Part shown: piece by piece, positions 50,512 through 64,000 of the stretch
How positions within the stretch are numbered: the stretch's first letter is position 1
Layout of the letters: the number at the start of each line of letters is the position of its first letter
Source of the DNA: Camelus dromedarius
Lineage: Eukaryota
Reading direction: 5' to 3'
Assembly: GCF_036321535.1 (NCBI RefSeq)
Contig: NC_087436.1
Coordinates: forward strand, 77,936,001-78,000,000
Length of the DNA stretch: 64,000 nt
Made by a program: the position numbers and the translations under genes
The notes under the pieces: generated by a model
What the model saw: the letters and a program-made list of their open reading frames with translations, nothing else
Told to the model about the DNA's origin: nothing
Database searches by the model: none

Positions 50512-53500
50512 AATTAAAAATCCTACTGAAAAATCTCTGCAAATCATCCTACAGAAAGTGTCTGGGCTTTTCAGGCTAAGTGAACATTGTACATATAAAT
50601 CATGATCACTTTGGGGCTGATTAGAAAAGGACAGGTATTTTGCAGTCTTGGCAATGTGTGTATGCCCATGGCAACTGATTAGCTATTTCAAATTAATAGC
50701 TTAAAATTAAAACAAGCCTGAGGTTAGAATAAAAGGAAATGGGTTTTCTATTTTAAAAAAGCTTCAACCTTCTCAAAAAAGCCCCTTCCCTCCCCTCATC
50801 CTTTCCCTTCCTCTTGCTATCCAGCCTCAGAATGCTGTCTGTCAGCTGGAGGACTTACAGGGGTATGGCGTTTCACGTGAATTTCCAGACCTCACTGGGA
50901 GGAAAGGCAGTGGGAACAACGAGAAACAAAGATGTCAATAAAATGGATTTTTCTGTAGTCATTTCACAACAGGGGCTTGAAAGTTTCTCAGGGGGAGGTC
51001 CTGGCTGTGAGTCATGCTGCATCCTTCCTTCCGTCTGCCATATGCCATCCTGCCTGGGTCAGGCAGCTTTTAGAGATACAGTCTGCCTACACCCAGCACA
51101 CCCGCCACATGACACTGGAGTCTCCCCTTCAGAGAAAGGAAAAACCCCACAGAGAAAAAAGGAGAAAACAAACATAGACTGTTTCTGGGTGGGTAGCGGG
51201 CTCAGGGCAGGGAAAATGGGTAATGTGGCTGAGGTTTATAGTGGAAAAGAGGATCTGGGTTTCAAGAAAGATGTTTACAAGTTTTTTTGTTTTTGTTTTG
51301 CTGTTTTTCCTTCTTAGCATATTGGGCCTAGATTTTATTTGGGGAAGATTAGAAATTAAAACTAAACCCACTATCTTAGTTTGTCTTCTAAAATTAAACA
51401 AGAGAGAAAGAAAGAAAAAAAACTGTCTTTCGAAGACCCTTTTGCAGGCAGTAGAAAATTTACCTCGATATTCTTGCTGCCTCTCCAAGAAATCAGGGAG
51501 ACTGAAGTTCATCTAAATTCAGGACTTTTTTGTTAGTTAACTAAGATGGGCAAGGCTTTATTTCTCTAACTATTGGCCTTATTTCCCTAATGACCACCCC
51601 CTTGTTTCCATATTTTATTCGATAAAGAGAAGCTGTCCTTTATGCAATTTTGATCTTATTTTTAAAGAAAGATAAGAATGCCATTTTATAGGCAAAACTA
51701 ATTTTTTTTGATCAATTTACCTACTAAGAATGCATACTAACATTTTATATCCTTCAGTCTGAAAGATATCACCATTGTCAGCTACTAATAAAAGACTAAG
51801 TGGAAAGAGAGAGAAAAAAGCTTTGACATCAAGCAGATTTTCCAGCCCTGCCACATACGAGCTGTGTGGTGTAAGGTGGGTTGCTAATGTTTGTGAACAT
51901 CTGTCTTCATCTCTTAAAGATGGGGCTAGTAGTACATACTTGGCAGCATTCTGTGAGCATGACCTTAGTTAACAAAGAATAAACACCTATCATGGCAGGT
52001 ATGATGTATTCATTTTATTCTTCCCAATTAGAAAATGCTTTTTTTTTCAATTTAATTGGTATCCTTAGGACAGCTACTCAGTCCAGCCAGCTCTGTGGTA
52101 GGCCCTGCAAGAAATAATAAAGAAGAAGAAGACACAGATTATGTCTCAGAAGAACAGTCCTTCTATCTGAGGAGATAAGAGGTATAAATAAATTCCTATT
52201 TGCAACCGGGAAGCAATTAGGGCACATAGAGACAAGTGTCAGATGTTATGGTATAAACAGCAGGTGCCAAGAAAGATGGGAAAGAGATGGGTTTTACTTA
52301 GGCTTTTATGACATATAGTTTTAATTGGCATAAACAAACCACTTTAAAAACAAACAAATCTCTTTAAAAACAAACAAACCTCAGGATTTTTTTAAGAGGA
52401 AGAATGTGGTTGAAGATTTAAGGGTAGAAATGAACAGAACACATGTCTTCAGGAAACTGACAGAACCAGAGCAGACAGCTTTATTGGGGGAAATGGCAAC
52501 AAAAGAATAAATTGGACCAGTTGATAAAGAGCCTCGGATATTATCCTAATTAACAGAATATGACCTATGAAGTCTTCAGATAGACAGTGAAAAGCAGAGT
52601 TCTGGAGAGGTTTTGGCTCTTCAGGATGGATGGGAGACATGGTGCAGACCCAGGGGCTTTGCTAGACTCACGTGAGGGGGTTAAGCTGTTTGTGTTTCTC
52701 AAATGCCTCCTTCGAGGTGTCCATTCCAAGCCAGAGGCTTAGTGAGTCTCAAGACTGTTTTCACCAATTTCCTTACAGATGCTTTTGTCCATATTAACTA
52801 AGCTCAGGAGAGACCGGTTAATAAAAAGCCAATTTAATAATTTAGGAAGCTGCACATAATTATTAGGAAAAATGGGTTGTATGCATGGTAAAGAATTTGG
52901 CCCAGCTCCTTCCTCTCTGGTAGGAGCAGCATTCTGGAAAATCCAATCAATAGGAGAGAGTTTATTGGCCATTCATTCATCAATTTATCAAATACTGATT
53001 AAGCATCCACCGAGCGGTAGGCACTTGGGTGAGAAACAGAATGGGGTGCTGTGACGTGCAAGTGGCCTGGTGCTGCTGGAAGGGCAGGGCAGAGCCCCCG
53101 AGAGGACAGCAGTCCCGGCCCCAGGGTGTGCACGTTCTCCTAGGGAGCTAGCACGTGCTTCTCGCTACAACTGCAAGCCACTGAAATGTTTTAGTGTGTT
53201 TATAAACAATTCTTTTCACTGTTGAGTATGTTTTTATTTAATTCAATACAGCATGGGTAAATAGGATTTTACCCACTCCAGAATACACGTGTTTGTAGCA
53301 GTAATGCTCCCGGAGTGAAATAACAGTAGATAGAAAAGGACCTGAAAACCAGATGTGACAAGCTCTCAGACACTTAGGTTTTAGTTATAAAAATAAGCCA
53401 CTGGCTAAGAATCACTATTATCCATAGGAGTTATTTCTATAACAAAGAAATTGGGATACTTATGTTTCCAAATCAAGGAATAAATTAACTCCAAAGTAAA

Positions 53501-54298
53501 TAAATAAAAACAAAAAGAATAAGATGAAATGAAACATATATATATATCTCATAAAATTGAGTAGGCCTGTTCAGTAGTAGGGAGGCTCTAAAATACATAG
53601 GTCCCAAATCGAACCTTATTACATATCTTTCATTTAATTTTTTTGATAGCAAATATATTTACATGGCTGAAAATCAAAACAATATGAAAATAATAGGCAG
53701 AGAAGCAATGTGTCCATTCCTGTCCCTGTCTTCCCTGTACTCAGCCCAGTGCCTCCCAATAACCATTGGTATTAATTTCTGATGTACTTATAGTCTTTCC
53801 ATAACCCACGTACATTTTGTAAATATTTAATTAGAAACAAAAGGGGAAGAAAATAAACCAACATTTGTTGGGCAACCACTACTTGCCAGACACTGTTAGT
53901 TCTTCCATGAGTAGGTCGCTGATGCTTTATGACAACTGTGTAAAGTTGCTCTTATCTGCCCTAAGACCAGACCTCATGCCTGGTGGGCAGAAATCCCAGC
54001 CCTTGGCCTTGTACTTAAGAAGCAGTTTCTCATTGCTCTCTGACCTCCAGAGTTTTATGTGGATTGAACACACCACGCACCTTTTGATTTTTAGACTTCA
54101 ACTCATTGCCCTACCTTCAAATCATCTTTAAAATGCTTACTTTTCAGGGTGGTTTTGAGGATTAAATTGGGTTGCTAGTAAGTATGTGGACTATTGTAAG
54201 AGTTCTGTAAGTGGGAGCTAGTCCAATCATAAAGGACAGTCAAATGTGCTTATGCATAATCAAGAAATAAATCATCTAAGTTATGTTATAATAAGTGG

Positions 54299-54723
54299 TT
54301 CATTTGTGTCCCTTTTTTTTTTTTAAGATTCACATATAAGGCATTTTTCTTTCTCTTTCCAGCTCACTTCACTTAGAATGACGATCTCCAGGTCCATCCA
54401 TGTTGCTGCAAATGGCATTATTTTATTCTCTTTTATGGCTGAGTAGTATTCCATTGCGGATATATACCACACCTTCCCTATCCAGCCATCTGTTGATGGA
54501 CATTTGGGTTGCTTCCATGTTTTGGCTATTGTAAATAGTGCTGCTATGAACTTTAGGGTGCATGTGTCCTTTTGAATTATATTTTCTGGGTATATGCCCA
54601 GGAGTGGGATTGCTGGGTCACATGGTAACTCTATTTTAGTTTTTTAAGGAACCTCCATATTGTCCTCCACAGTGGCTGCACCAATCTACACTCCTACCAA
54701 CAGTGTAGGAGGGTTCCCCTTTC
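54299..54723 (-). mobile_element. L1 internal fragment lacking the 3' end, inserted with extra DNA into a MIR tail
   Basis: Antisense L1 (ccatccatgttgctgcaaatggc ... gtgggattgctgggtcacatgg); 13-bp direct repeat TAAGTGGGAGCTA at 54208-54220 and 54727-54739. Confidence 0.88.
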
Positions 54724-54993
54724 TTATAAGTGGGAGCTATTATTATCATCTCTCTGGGAGAACTTCCTCAGGCTAAGCACATTCAAAATGTATTGATTTC
54801 TGTTTAACTCACAGAGGTGGACCCCTTTTGGGACTTAGTCTATTTTGATGCTGATCTTACCCCTGAGTGAGTAATAAACTTTGTCCACTCCTTACATAAA
54901 TAGAAATAAGTCTGGGTATTAGGTGACCAGATCCTCTTGTAGACAGCCAGCTTTAAAACCCAAGAACAAGAATTACCACATTCACTCTACATA

Positions 54994-55303
54994 AAGGGTT
55001 AGTAAAGTTTTATAAAGGTCCAGGCAGTAAATATTTTAGGCTTTTTGGGGTTTTGTTGCAACTATTCAACTGTGCCCAAGAGCAGTCGCATAAATGAGGA
55101 GGGGTACGTATATTCTAATAAAGCTTTGTTATGGACACTGACATTTGAATTTCATGTAACTCTGGTAATATTTGGTAACATGTGCTACCAAATATTTTTC
55201 TTTTGATTTTTTTAACCATTTAAAAAGGTAAAAATTATCCTTAGCTCATGGGCCATACATCAGATGGTGGCTGGATTTGGCCTGTGGAAGTTTGCCAACT
55301 CCT
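54994..55303. mobile_element. MER58B-like hAT-Charlie element
   Basis: aggcagtaaatattttaggcttt ... gcaactattcaact ... ggctggatttggcctgtgg...gtttgccaactcct. Confidence 0.8.
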
Positions 55304-56647
55304 ACCCTAAATGACAATGATTTGATAAAACATCTTTTGAACTTGGTCAGTTCCCTCTCTTCCTTTCTCTCTCTCTTTCTCGCTCTCCTTCTCTTCTACT
55401 ATAATTACAAGCAGACAGGGAAAACAAAAGGGCCTTTGGGAAGAAATCCTCCTACTCACCCAGGGAGCTAAAATTTTATTTCTCTCATAAGCAGCTTAGG
55501 GTTTTATAAATACAGTTGAATGATTCACATACAAATTTAGATACAGTTTGAGGTGGTGTCAACTAAATATCACGAGTGATGCTGGAAAAAGCAGAAGTAG
55601 ACAGTATGTCCAGCTGCTAGGAAATTACACACCAGCCTCTGAAGTGTGTAACTACCTTATTGAAAACTGAACCTCAGAGGAGAGGAAGGTTGTCTTACAT
55701 CTTGTTAACTGTGTCCCCTGAAGGCGAGGGGTTGTGCACTGTGGTGCCAATCTGGGCAGGGGACGCAGGGAGCTCGGGAGCACCCTGGTCTGGCCTCCCT
55801 GGGCCTTTGTCCTGGCTGAGAGACTAGCAGTCAGACTTTCGGGGACACCCAGCCACGGCCACCTCACTGGAACTCTGTGCAGCAGCCCTGCCCTCTCTGA
55901 GTCTCCACTCAGTTACTTCTCCCGCCTCCAACCGCCTTCATCTCTCCTCTCCCACCACCATGATTTCCTCAGGGGTTCAGGCCTCTAGAAACAAAAATCA
56001 CAAAGGCACGTTGTCTGAGGAGAACTTCTGCTTTCCTTAACACACACCTATCCTGAGGCAAAGGAGCCCCGAAGCCTTTCTAACTGTTTGGAAATGGTTA
56101 GGGAAAAATACTTTAATAATCCAGTAAATTATTCTGCAACACAAACATCTCTTCATCATCCAGGGAAGTCAACCGTTTCAAAGCGGCAAACAGTCCGCGG
56201 CAGTCCACTCAGGAAAATTCTATCTGCTTCTGTGGATTTTTCAGAGTTATGGATTCTTGGAAAGAAGATCTGGAATGAGAGGGTGACCAGTAAATACTTT
56301 CAGAATTCTTTTTAGAATCTTTGTCATTAGCACGGAACCTAGCCCTTCACAGAACTCAAACGAAGTCGAAATGTTGCAGTTTTGAAGAAGAAATATTGGA
56401 ACTGGGGCTTAAAGAATTACAATTGGCAAGAGATGAGTGAGGCATAGGGAATGAACCAAAAGCATAGGGAAATGAAAGCACAAGGTATTTTAAGCTCCAG
56501 GAGAGCAAGGACTTTATCTATATTATTCACTTGATATTCTTCACTACCAGCCTTGGAAGAGTACCTGGTTCAGTAAATGTTTGTTTAATGAATAAATGAA
56601 TATGTTTCTGTAGAGAGGAGAGAGGAGTAAGACAAGAAAGACAAAGT

Positions 56648-57035
56648 CTATCAGTCAGGTCTTAGCAGGAAACAGAACTTCCCCTGGATAATTCAAGTTC
56701 CACTTTGGTAAAGGGGTGACTTAAGGAAGTTTGGTTAAGGAGAGGAATAGTGATGTTGAAGCACCCAGAGACTATCAATAGGAGGCTGGTAGCACCCATA
56801 AGGCTCAAAGGAGCAGCCATTTGGCAGAAAAGATGCAGTAATTACTTGCAGAGACAAGTACTGAAGTAGGAAAACGTGGGGAAAAATACCTGGACCTCTC
56901 TCTCCTCCACCCTCCATTCTCCTACCAGATCCTCCCATTGGCTGAGCCCAAGTAGAAGCCAGAGGGCATGAGAGCAGGATGGAGAACATTGGAGAATGGA
57001 TCTGGGACCAGGGGGAAACAATCAACAGCCCACTG
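56648..57035 (-). mobile_element. ERVL LTR (LTR33-like)
   Basis: tatcagtcaggtcttagcaggaaacaga ... cctcccattggctgagcccaagtagaagccagagggca. Confidence 0.6.
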
Positions 57036-57051
57036 GGTGAACTGAAAGCTG

Positions 57052-57253
57052 TTTTTTTTTTTTTTAATTGAGATATTATGGACATACAACATTATATTAG
57101 TTTAAGGTATACAACTTAATGATTCAATATTTGTACATGTTGTGAAATGGTCACCACACTAGGTCTAGTTAACATCCATCACCACTAATAGCTTCAAACT
57201 TTATTCTTCCTGGTGATGAGAACTCTCACAATTTCTTCTCTTAGCAATTTGCA
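57052..57253 (-). mobile_element. 5'-truncated L1 3' end with poly(T) and TSD
   Basis: Poly(T), then aattgagata...catacaacattatattagttt...atccatcaccac; TGAAAGCTG repeated at 57043-57051 and 57254-57262. Confidence 0.82.
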
Positions 57254-57434
57254 TGAAAGCTGGTTTAAAAAAATTGTGCCTTCAGTTCCCTATGCCTTCC
57301 TTCATTCTCTGTTCTCCAAAGGTATCTCCAAAGAGATATATTATCTCTTGTTGATTGGATTGATAGGCTATTAGCTGCCATTGGAGATTTTGAAGGAGGA
57401 AGTAACAAAAAATAAGGGATTGGGAAACCTTATC

Positions 57435-57600
57435 TATGTTCACATTCCAGCCCTGCCACTCCTTGACTGTAAACGTGGGCTAGTGACTGACAATCTCTGT
57501 GCCTCAACTTCCTTATCTGTAAAATGAAGGAAATTATGGCAGCTGTCTCATATGGTCGTTATGAGGATCAAATAAGATAATCTAAGTAAAGTGTGTGGGT
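57435..57600 (+). mobile_element. MIR
   Basis: tctctgtgcctcaacttccttatctgtaaaatg...gttatgaggatcaaataagataat. Confidence 0.8.
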
Positions 57601-58934
57601 CTAACATTACTGCTTTTTAAAAGCCTACCTTGGATCAGATTTAAGCAAATTTGTCTTATATTGAAGAACTGACTATCAAATCAATGTTAGAGCAAGGTTT
57701 TAGCAAATGTGGCAATCATAAGGAAAAGATTAGATTTTTTTATGACTTCGTGACCATGCAATTTTACTCTGCTTTTGTCTATCCAGGTTAAGAAGTTCCC
57801 TTTCTTAAGCATTGATTTTTCCACCTTTAAATAATATTAGAATGTTATAGAGGCTTTAGGTAACGCTAATGAAATCCACCTCCATGTGATCTCAATGTAC
57901 AGCTGCGATTTAGCTACCAATGCATTTCTGAAAATTGCTTCCTTAGCATTTCAGCATTTTATTTGAAAGAACAACTGAAGCAGAAAGAAAATCAAGCAAC
58001 AACAGGAGGACTTCATTTTTAAACTCATTAGTTCACAAGCTAAAAATTTGCTCAGATTACTTGGGGTTTCAGACGTAAGAACTGGTTTCTGATGCAAAAG
58101 TCAGTAGCTACAGTTTAAAAGTCTGAAGCACATTTTCTTCCCCTTCCTCCACCCACTTCCTTATTTTTCTAATAAGAGTTTCATGTGCTTTCTTAATAGA
58201 GGAGATGTGTACCCCACAGAGTGCAATGTACTCCTCTTTATACCATCGTTAAAAGTTAAACAGATAAACACTCTATGGAAAGACTGACTATAATTATGAT
58301 TTTGTAAATCCCCTCCCCTATTTCCCATTTATAGCACTGCTTATAAAAGAGACATTATTTTTACTGAGTTCTTGATGAAAATTTGTGGAACTTTCTAAAA
58401 TTATAAATGCATTTACAATTCTGATGCATGAATTTAACTTACAAAGGTTAAGTCACAAGAGGATATAGAAGTATTTAAATATCATTTTGATACCTGAGAC
58501 TTTCTGTTATTTCAATATGTAGGTGGGCCTTCATGATGATTCATAAAGATAAATTGCTTATTTTTATAATATATACTTTGTCCAAGTAAATGAATACTTC
58601 CCCAATGAGTTAAGTTTTTTTTTTTAACGTAGTGTAAAAAAATAGTATCTCTTGGGCCATGAAAGCCTTAAACAATGATTTTCAAGGACTTTCTCTGTCA
58701 TTGCTTAAAGACACTCAAGGCCTACAGACAGACTTCAAGATTACATGTTAAAAATTGTATGTACAATATAATTGCAGCTTTTTTTTTTTTAGAGCAGCAA
58801 AACCAGGTACGTAGACTGGTTGAAATGGAAGAAAATTCACCAAACTCTGAACAGTAGTTATATAAGGAAGATGGGACTGAAACAAAGGCTAATCCGTCCC
58901 TAGGTATCCCCGATCCCCTTTCTATGCTTTCCTT

Positions 58935-59340
58935 TTAGAATATGGTGTCAGAGGCAGAGTTGGAGGTCATGGGGTCTGGGTTTGAATCCTGATTCCACCA
59001 CTTACTACCGTGTGACCTTGAACCAGTACAAACACCTCTGGGCCTGAGCTCAGTCATCTGTAGAAAAGGATAATAATCAGACCCACCGCATATAGCTGTT
59101 GTGAGCTTAAGTGAGCAAGTGCATGCAAATCCCTTAGAACAGTAACAGGAACTCACTTGGCACGAGTAAATGAGAGCTATTATCTTGTTATTTATATTCA
59201 GTCTCTTCCAGTAAAATATGACCCCCTGAGGGCAGAAATAATCCTGTTTTAATTTAGCTTCTGTACCTTGGGACCCTAATACCATGTCTAGCAAGTAAGA
59301 GATGCTCAATGAAGATTTGTGAATACGTGAATGAATAAAT
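58935..59340 (+). mobile_element. Near-full MIR (58935-59190) followed by an L2 3' end (59200-59340)
   Basis: tgggtttgaatcctgattccaccacttact...gtgaccttg...catctgtag; then ccctgagggcag...gctcaatgaagatttgtgaatacgtgaatgaat. Confidence 0.8.
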
Positions 59341-62300
59341 TCCACATGTAGTAAAGTGACACAGAATGCCACTACTTCATCAGTAATGATCAAATTGTAA
59401 CTGTTCTGCCCCTAGTCCATGACCTTTCTGTATTTTGGCCTTCACTGTTCAGCATCTGCTCAGTAAGTGTCCCAAGGCTGTCTGCACTGCTCCGGGTCGC
59501 TAGCAAGTGGTTTGACTCATGATGACAGCAGACCAACAAAGAGCACTTAGGAGGCGTGTGACTCTAAAACCTACTAGCCTTGCTAGTCTTAGAAACTTCA
59601 GTCACCTTTCAGATTCTCACATGGGGTATAAAGACTAGCTCACATTTCAAGTGTCGGTTTGACAGAGTCAATCCATGTGTAAAGTCAAGGTTTAGAAAAC
59701 AGTATTTTTCTTTAGTGCCACTCTCCTCTCCAGCCGCCGCAGTCCAAAGCTATTGGGCAAAGCTGCATTTGCCTCAGAAATTTTCTGGAAAGAGTAGGAA
59801 TTTCTATAAAGATTGAATTACACCTTCATAGAGAATGGGTTCGATTACCTGACCTTTCTCCAAACCCCACTGGATTTTTAAAACTAACAGTATTTTATAA
59901 AAGTGTAACATGCTTCAAACCTGTTCAGAATTTCTGGTGATGAATCAAAAATGGTCAAGTTCAACGACTATATATTGTGATTGCTAATAGTTGTCTCCCC
60001 TTGCAGAGTTGGTCTTAGGAAAAAATCTCTTCAGCTTTTTTCTGTCTGTGTTTCAGTCCTGTTTCCTGCCCTCTTGCTCATGCAGAGGTTGAACTTTAAC
60101 AGTATTAAGCCCACATACATATACCACACTGACATCTTCACTGGTTTGAATGAAGAAGAGCTATATCATTATCACCCCCTTTAAGACGAAGTACCTAAGG
60201 CACTCAGAAGAAGGAGTGAACACTTCACCTTAGGGAAGTTCCTTACAGACCTTCAGAGGGCTATACCCTAGCATACCTAAGTGCCCTTTATTAACCCATT
60301 ATGAGTTATTACTTTATTAAACAAAACTATTAAAGTACCCAAGGGATGAGGTGGTAGAAATGGATTGGTCAGAACTGGTTAAGTACCAAGTATGCAGAGT
60401 GCGATGGGGGGAGTTCAGTACAGGAGAGGAGTGTGATTAGATCACACAGGCTAGCATTTACATAATGTCTAGTAATGTCCAAAGTGCTTTTTACATCCAG
60501 GAGGAGAGTAAAGAAAAGCAGTGGAGAAGAGGATAGTGGGTTACTATAGGTAGGGAGGCTCCACTAACTCATACTGTCTTTAGACCTTAAAATTGCCTCA
60601 TTGTGATTTTAAGTTACTGTGGTAATGAAATGTATTGGGACTACAAAGAAATCTAGGTAGCTCCTAATTAATTTAAAATATAAAAGATCAAAATCTGCCT
60701 TCAAGTTTTATAAACTTTGATACCAACACCTCTTCTATTATATGGACATTTTTTAATAGAACTCTAAATCTTGGTACATAAAGTGGGTTTCCAAAAGCTT
60801 TCATTCATCTGTTTCACAAGGCTCTCCCATGCCATGGACATGGTAAATTCAGGTAGCATATCGAAGTGTAGCAAAAGACAAGAATGACCAATGACCCTTG
60901 GGAGGTCGAGCGAGAAGAAACTCTTGTTTCTAAGCACTTCTTCTGAGGCAGGCCCTGACTCAGTAAGATGGGTCAGTATTTCCACTGAGAAGATCCAGGC
61001 AGCCCTCAACTCAGCGACAGTTTGTCTTCTCAAATCCCAGCCCAGAACATGGCCCCAATCCATCCCCACCCTCTCCATCCCCATTCTGAGGTGAAATCTT
61101 ACTCTGTATGAAACTTTTGAAGAAGGCCAAGTGTGAAAGTCTGAGAGCCAAGCCTACCCCCACCCCAGGGGGCCATCATGTACCATTTTACTGCAATTTC
61201 TCTTTGTTTTTTCCAATGATGCATTTAGATACAGCCAGCAGGAAAAAAAAAAAAAATCCCTGTTCAAGAGAGTGGAGTCATTATCCACACACAAAAGGCC
61301 ATTTAGAGAAAGAACAGCTCAGTCAGTTCAAGCTGTGGCTGCCAGAGTCCAGACCCATTAGAAAAGAAAGGTTAGCTGTTTAAGTGGGAATGTGAAACAA
61401 AATGTCATAATTAGGGCTAACTGGGCACCCTCCCCCCTGCCAAGAAAGCTGCCTGGGATCATAAACTAATTCCCCAAAGGTCCTAAGCTCAGGGGAAAGC
61501 AAATCATCAACTCTCAATGACAGTTTAGTTGTTAACCTTTACCCTAGAGGCTAGGTTTTCATTCTTTTTCTTTTGGGTATGTTTTTTATAGATGTTACTT
61601 TTATAGGGTTGGACTGGTTTTTTTTCCTAGCTCACCACCATTGGCATGTTTCAGACCACTGGGGGTGTGTGTGTGTATAAATACCATGAAAGGAAATATG
61701 TACCCAAACAACAGTAGCTACCTTTAATGATGAACTATATGGGAGAACTGGGAATTCATTTTTGTTTCCCTCTCTGTGCTTCCTAATTGCTTTTTTATTA
61801 ACGTGATGTAAAAGGGAGGGAAAAAAAAAGACAGGTAAACTGTTTCAGATACAATTTTTTACCATGCTTCCCTTAAAGGAGAAAAAAGCAATTATAGTTT
61901 TGACATGGTTCATCATGAGAAGTAAGGGGGTATAAGCCTCAGAGAAGAGGCAGCGTTATGAAGGGATGAGCACCCATATGACTGTTAACCAGGCTTCACC
62001 TCTTTTCCTTCAGCCATTTAGCAGCATCGGGATAAAAGTAATTTGAGGCTAACAGAAATTCGCAGTTGTAAGTAATACAGTAAATTCTCAGCATTTAGCC
62101 TGCTCACAGACACAGTGCTCTGCTTGATGAAAACAACGCAAGGATGAGCACATGGCAGTCATTAAACAGATACTTCCTGTCAGATTGATTGCTTGGAATA
62201 CTCTGGTTACTATAGGGTAGCCATGTACACTGGACAGGGAGAGCCAACAGTCAATAAACAACATGAGGCCAAAAATGCTATTGAAAATTTAATGTTTAAT

Positions 62301-62854
62301 GATTCAGAAGGCACTTTGGGATCTTGTAGAGCCTTGACTAATTATTTTGAAGACCAGTGATGAATAGAACATAGAATGGCAAAAGTACAAATTCAAGAGA
62401 GATTTCTTTTGCTGGATTACTTAATTTTGCTTTTTATGTAACCTTTCTAAAGTGACTTGCAGATAAAATGGAGAAAATTGCTTAGAAAATAGAGATTAGA
62501 CATTTTACTTGCACTTTTATGGACTCTCATTAACACTTGCTTTCATTTTTATTGCCTTCATAACAAAATATTAACTGAATGTAGGACATTTAATGAAAAA
62601 AGCATGATTCTTGTGTTCACATGGCTTACTTAATCATTTAAGATGTATGTATGGTAAGGGCGTTTCCTTTAAATCATGAGACTTCTTCTAAATTTTTTGT
62701 ACCATAAAATTTTGTCTAGGTAAAGTTTTGTCTAGGTATAGGAACAGGCAAGGGAGAATATTTAAATCTAGAACTGCCATTTGGGTTGTAAGAAAAGCGT
62801 AGATGTGAATAAAGAGGTACAGGCCAGTCAAAGGTTGCAAAAAGGACACTGATT

Positions 62855-63220
62855 TAATTCATGCAGCAAATATTTTTGAAGGCCTACGATGTTCCAGGCA
62901 CTGCTGGAGGCCCTTGAGATAACAGAGATTTTATTAGAGGCAACAGACAATAAATAAGCATCATAAAAATATAAATGATGCTAGATGATAATAAAAGTTA
63001 TCAAAAAACTGAACAATGTATGGGAGATTCCGAGAGAAGGTTGCTCCAGAAATTTTAAATAGTGTGGTTAAGAAAGGTGCCACTGAGGACCCAGAACGGC
63101 AAAAGGACACATTCATAAGAGGCTTCTTGTGTTAGATAACATGACAATTTGAGCAAAGCCTTGAAGGAGGTAAAGGAGTTAATCCCATGGATATGAGGGG
63201 ATGGGTGGGGCATTCCAGAC
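62855..63220 (-). mobile_element. L2 fragment
   Basis: attcatgcagcaaatattttt...tgttccaggcactgctgg ... tttgagcaaagccttgaagga. Confidence 0.7.
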
Positions 63221-63526
63221 TACAAATAAGAGATAATAGAAAGTGGGGAATTATTTATTGAGAAAAACACAAAGAGCAGAATATAGGAAGAAGAAGAAAG
63301 GGACAGTCACTGGAGGCAAGTAGGCTGCCAGGAAGTTCCTAAATAATGTAATTTTGCAATGCTTGGCTTTGGAAACTGTGATTGGAAAAAATAATAAAAA
63401 TAATCCCATTGTCCAAAACATGATTAGCATATGGACATGGATCTCCAAAATAAACAGGTGAATGTGGTCCACTTGTACACACCTAAAGACTGGCATGTTT
63501 CTAGTCAGCGGCTAGCAAACTGAATG

Positions 63527-64000
63527 CATTCATTCTTTGATCATTTATGCTCTGAGAACCACATGTGTCAACACCGTGCTGGGAACTGGGGTACAGAGAT
63601 GAGCAGAACAGACGTGATTCCTACATTCACAGTGGAGAAGTACTTTAAATGATGTATTTGTTGTCTTATTATAAGTGCTGTGGAAAACTACACAGAAGTA
63701 GGAGAGCATACTGGGGAGGTACTTGACCTACTTTGGGAGTCAGGAAAAGCTTCCACCTTGCAGTTGATATTTGAGCTGAGACCTGAAGTATGAATTAGTG
63801 TTAACTAGGGAAAGAGAAAGGTTCATCTGGGCAGAGGTGGAAAGTACCATGGAATATTCGAAGAACTGAAAGGCCAGTGGCTTAAGGAGGAAAGAATGAT
63901 TTGGTCAGCAGAAAACGGGGGCCACTGAGGTCAGTTTAATGAAGGGACCCTTTGCAATGGTGTCTGAATGGTTAAAGGAGGCCAACAGGGACGAAAAGCT
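63527..64000 (-). mobile_element. L2 fragment running off the window end
   Basis: cattcattc...gtgctgggaactggggtacagagatgagcagaacagac...tttgagctgagacctgaag. Confidence 0.75.

Overview
Mammalian genomic DNA, most likely camelid (a tRNA-Ala-derived SINE of the Vic-1 type plus cetartiodactyl-style L1 3' ends). The window holds the 5' part of RASGEF1B on the minus strand: non-coding exon 1 in a CpG-island promoter (~17.4-17.6 kb) and coding exons 2, 3 and 4 (5871-6053, 4055-4177, 3558-3695; codons 1-146, all GT-AG, all phase 0). The gene continues off the left edge. The remaining ~46 kb upstream is non-genic and rich in repeats (L1, L2, MIR, ERV1/ERVL/MaLR solo LTRs, hAT and Tc2 DNA transposon fossils). 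Repeat family names come from my recall of consensus sequences and need RepeatMasker/Dfam confirmation; many repeat boundaries are approximate. I see no prokaryote-style novel system. The most interesting observations are: (1) the exon 2-4 back-spliced circle is 444 nt with an AUG and no in-frame stop, so it could support rolling-circle translation; (2) a 27-bp overlapping GAS + NF-kB + PU.1 element in intron 1; (3) an intact MER41-like solo LTR 5 kb upstream of this immune-inducible gene; (4) several L1 insertions with diagnostic structures (two 5' inversions, one tailless insertion with filler DNA).
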